Under the pieces are notes generated by a model. That model did no database searches and had not been told where the DNA came from. It saw only the letters and a list, made by a program, of their open reading frames with translations. A stretch of 63,926 bases of DNA, the filler included, from Octopus bimaculoides (lineage: Eukaryota): NCBI RefSeq assembly GCF_001194135.2. It is 11 parts of 10 records of this genome, joined end to end, with 100 filler letters (N's around TTAATTAATTAA, not from the genome) between each part and the next. Parts side by side here need not be neighbours in the genome. Positions count along the whole stretch, not along the records: positions 62,880 to 63,926 come from NW_026304126.1; 10 more parts are not named here. One strand, given 5' to 3'. Shown here piece by piece: positions 63,292 to 63,926 of this stretch. The position numbers and the translations under genes are program-made. Numbering within the stretch: position 1 is the first letter of the stretch; each line of letters opens with the position of its first letter.

Positions 63292-63536
63292 TTGGGTTGG
63301 TGTATAATTATTGCAGCTTTTTTTCAACAAATTTTATCCAACAAAAACAATAACAACTTCTAACAAAAACATGTTTAAATGATTATTCCGGAGCATATTC
63401 ACCATCAGCTTCGATTACTACTTATTTGCTTGGCAGACGGTCAGACTGTCATTTAAAGATGTTTTTGTTAAATATTGTCAGTTTTTGTTGAATAAAATTT
63501 GTTGACAAAAGCCGCAATAATTATGTACCAACCCAA
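63292..63536. mobile_element. mariner-type MITE with ~90-bp inverted arms
   Basis: TA-TTGGGTTGGTGTATAATTATTGCAGCTTTT ... AAAAGCCGCAATAATTATGTACCAACCCAA-TA; arms 63292-63382 / 63449-63536. Confidence 0.9.
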
Positions 63537-63926
63537 TAAATTAATGTGACTGCTACAAAAGATAAACTAGAGTGACGAATAGATGAGTAGGAACTCAAGG
63601 GAGGGAAGAAAATACAGAACTGAAGAATTGCATGTTCAACAAATAGTTTAGCATAGATAACTATAGCGTAAAACTGTATGTGAGATTTCACCATGTGATA
63701 AATAAAACTGAATATTTTGAGAGAATTAAAAACAAAAATGATGTAACATTCATCTTAATAGCAAGAATACAATTGATCTAATTAATGTATGTCAGCAAAG
63801 AATTTACAGTACCAGTTATAATATAAGCTGCTGTTTAGATTCTACCCGTTGTGAAACAAATACCACCTTATACGACAAAATAAGCCTGAAACCTAATGAC
63901 GGTAGATCTTTCGAAGAGAACTTGAA

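Noticed and set aside
2553-63926. Long ORFs in the supplied track rich in X, or in YI/CV/HT/poly-I/poly-L runs
   Set aside because: Read-through of N gaps and di/trinucleotide microsatellites; no coding signal.

Overview
Eukaryotic, AT-rich, extremely microsatellite- and transposon-dense draft-assembly sequence with roughly 8 kb of N gaps, including ten artificial N44-TTAATTAATTAA-N44 spacers. The SINE families, RTE/Penelope/Dong retroelements and (TA)n/(CA)n/(AAT)n density look like a coleoid cephalopod, probably Octopus; this is inferred from pattern recognition, not a database search. No intact protein-coding, rRNA or true tRNA gene can be supported, and nearly all supplied ORFs are microsatellite or gap read-throughs. 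One 69-nt candidate internal exon (11285-11353, +) hints that the window is intronic. Recognisable content: at least five tRNA-derived SINE families; relics of RTE, R4/Dong (RLE), CR1/L2-like and several Penelope-like (PLE) retroelements; hAT, piggyBac, maT-like, mariner and Tc1-like transposase relics; MITEs; long fold-back palindromes; minisatellites; and three hammerhead-ribozyme-like motifs. The most notable object is a tRNA-headed (Pol III-type) short element at 62941-63256 whose 3' part carries a PLE-type hammerhead ribozyme core, a candidate ribozyme-bearing, Penelope-mobilised SINE.
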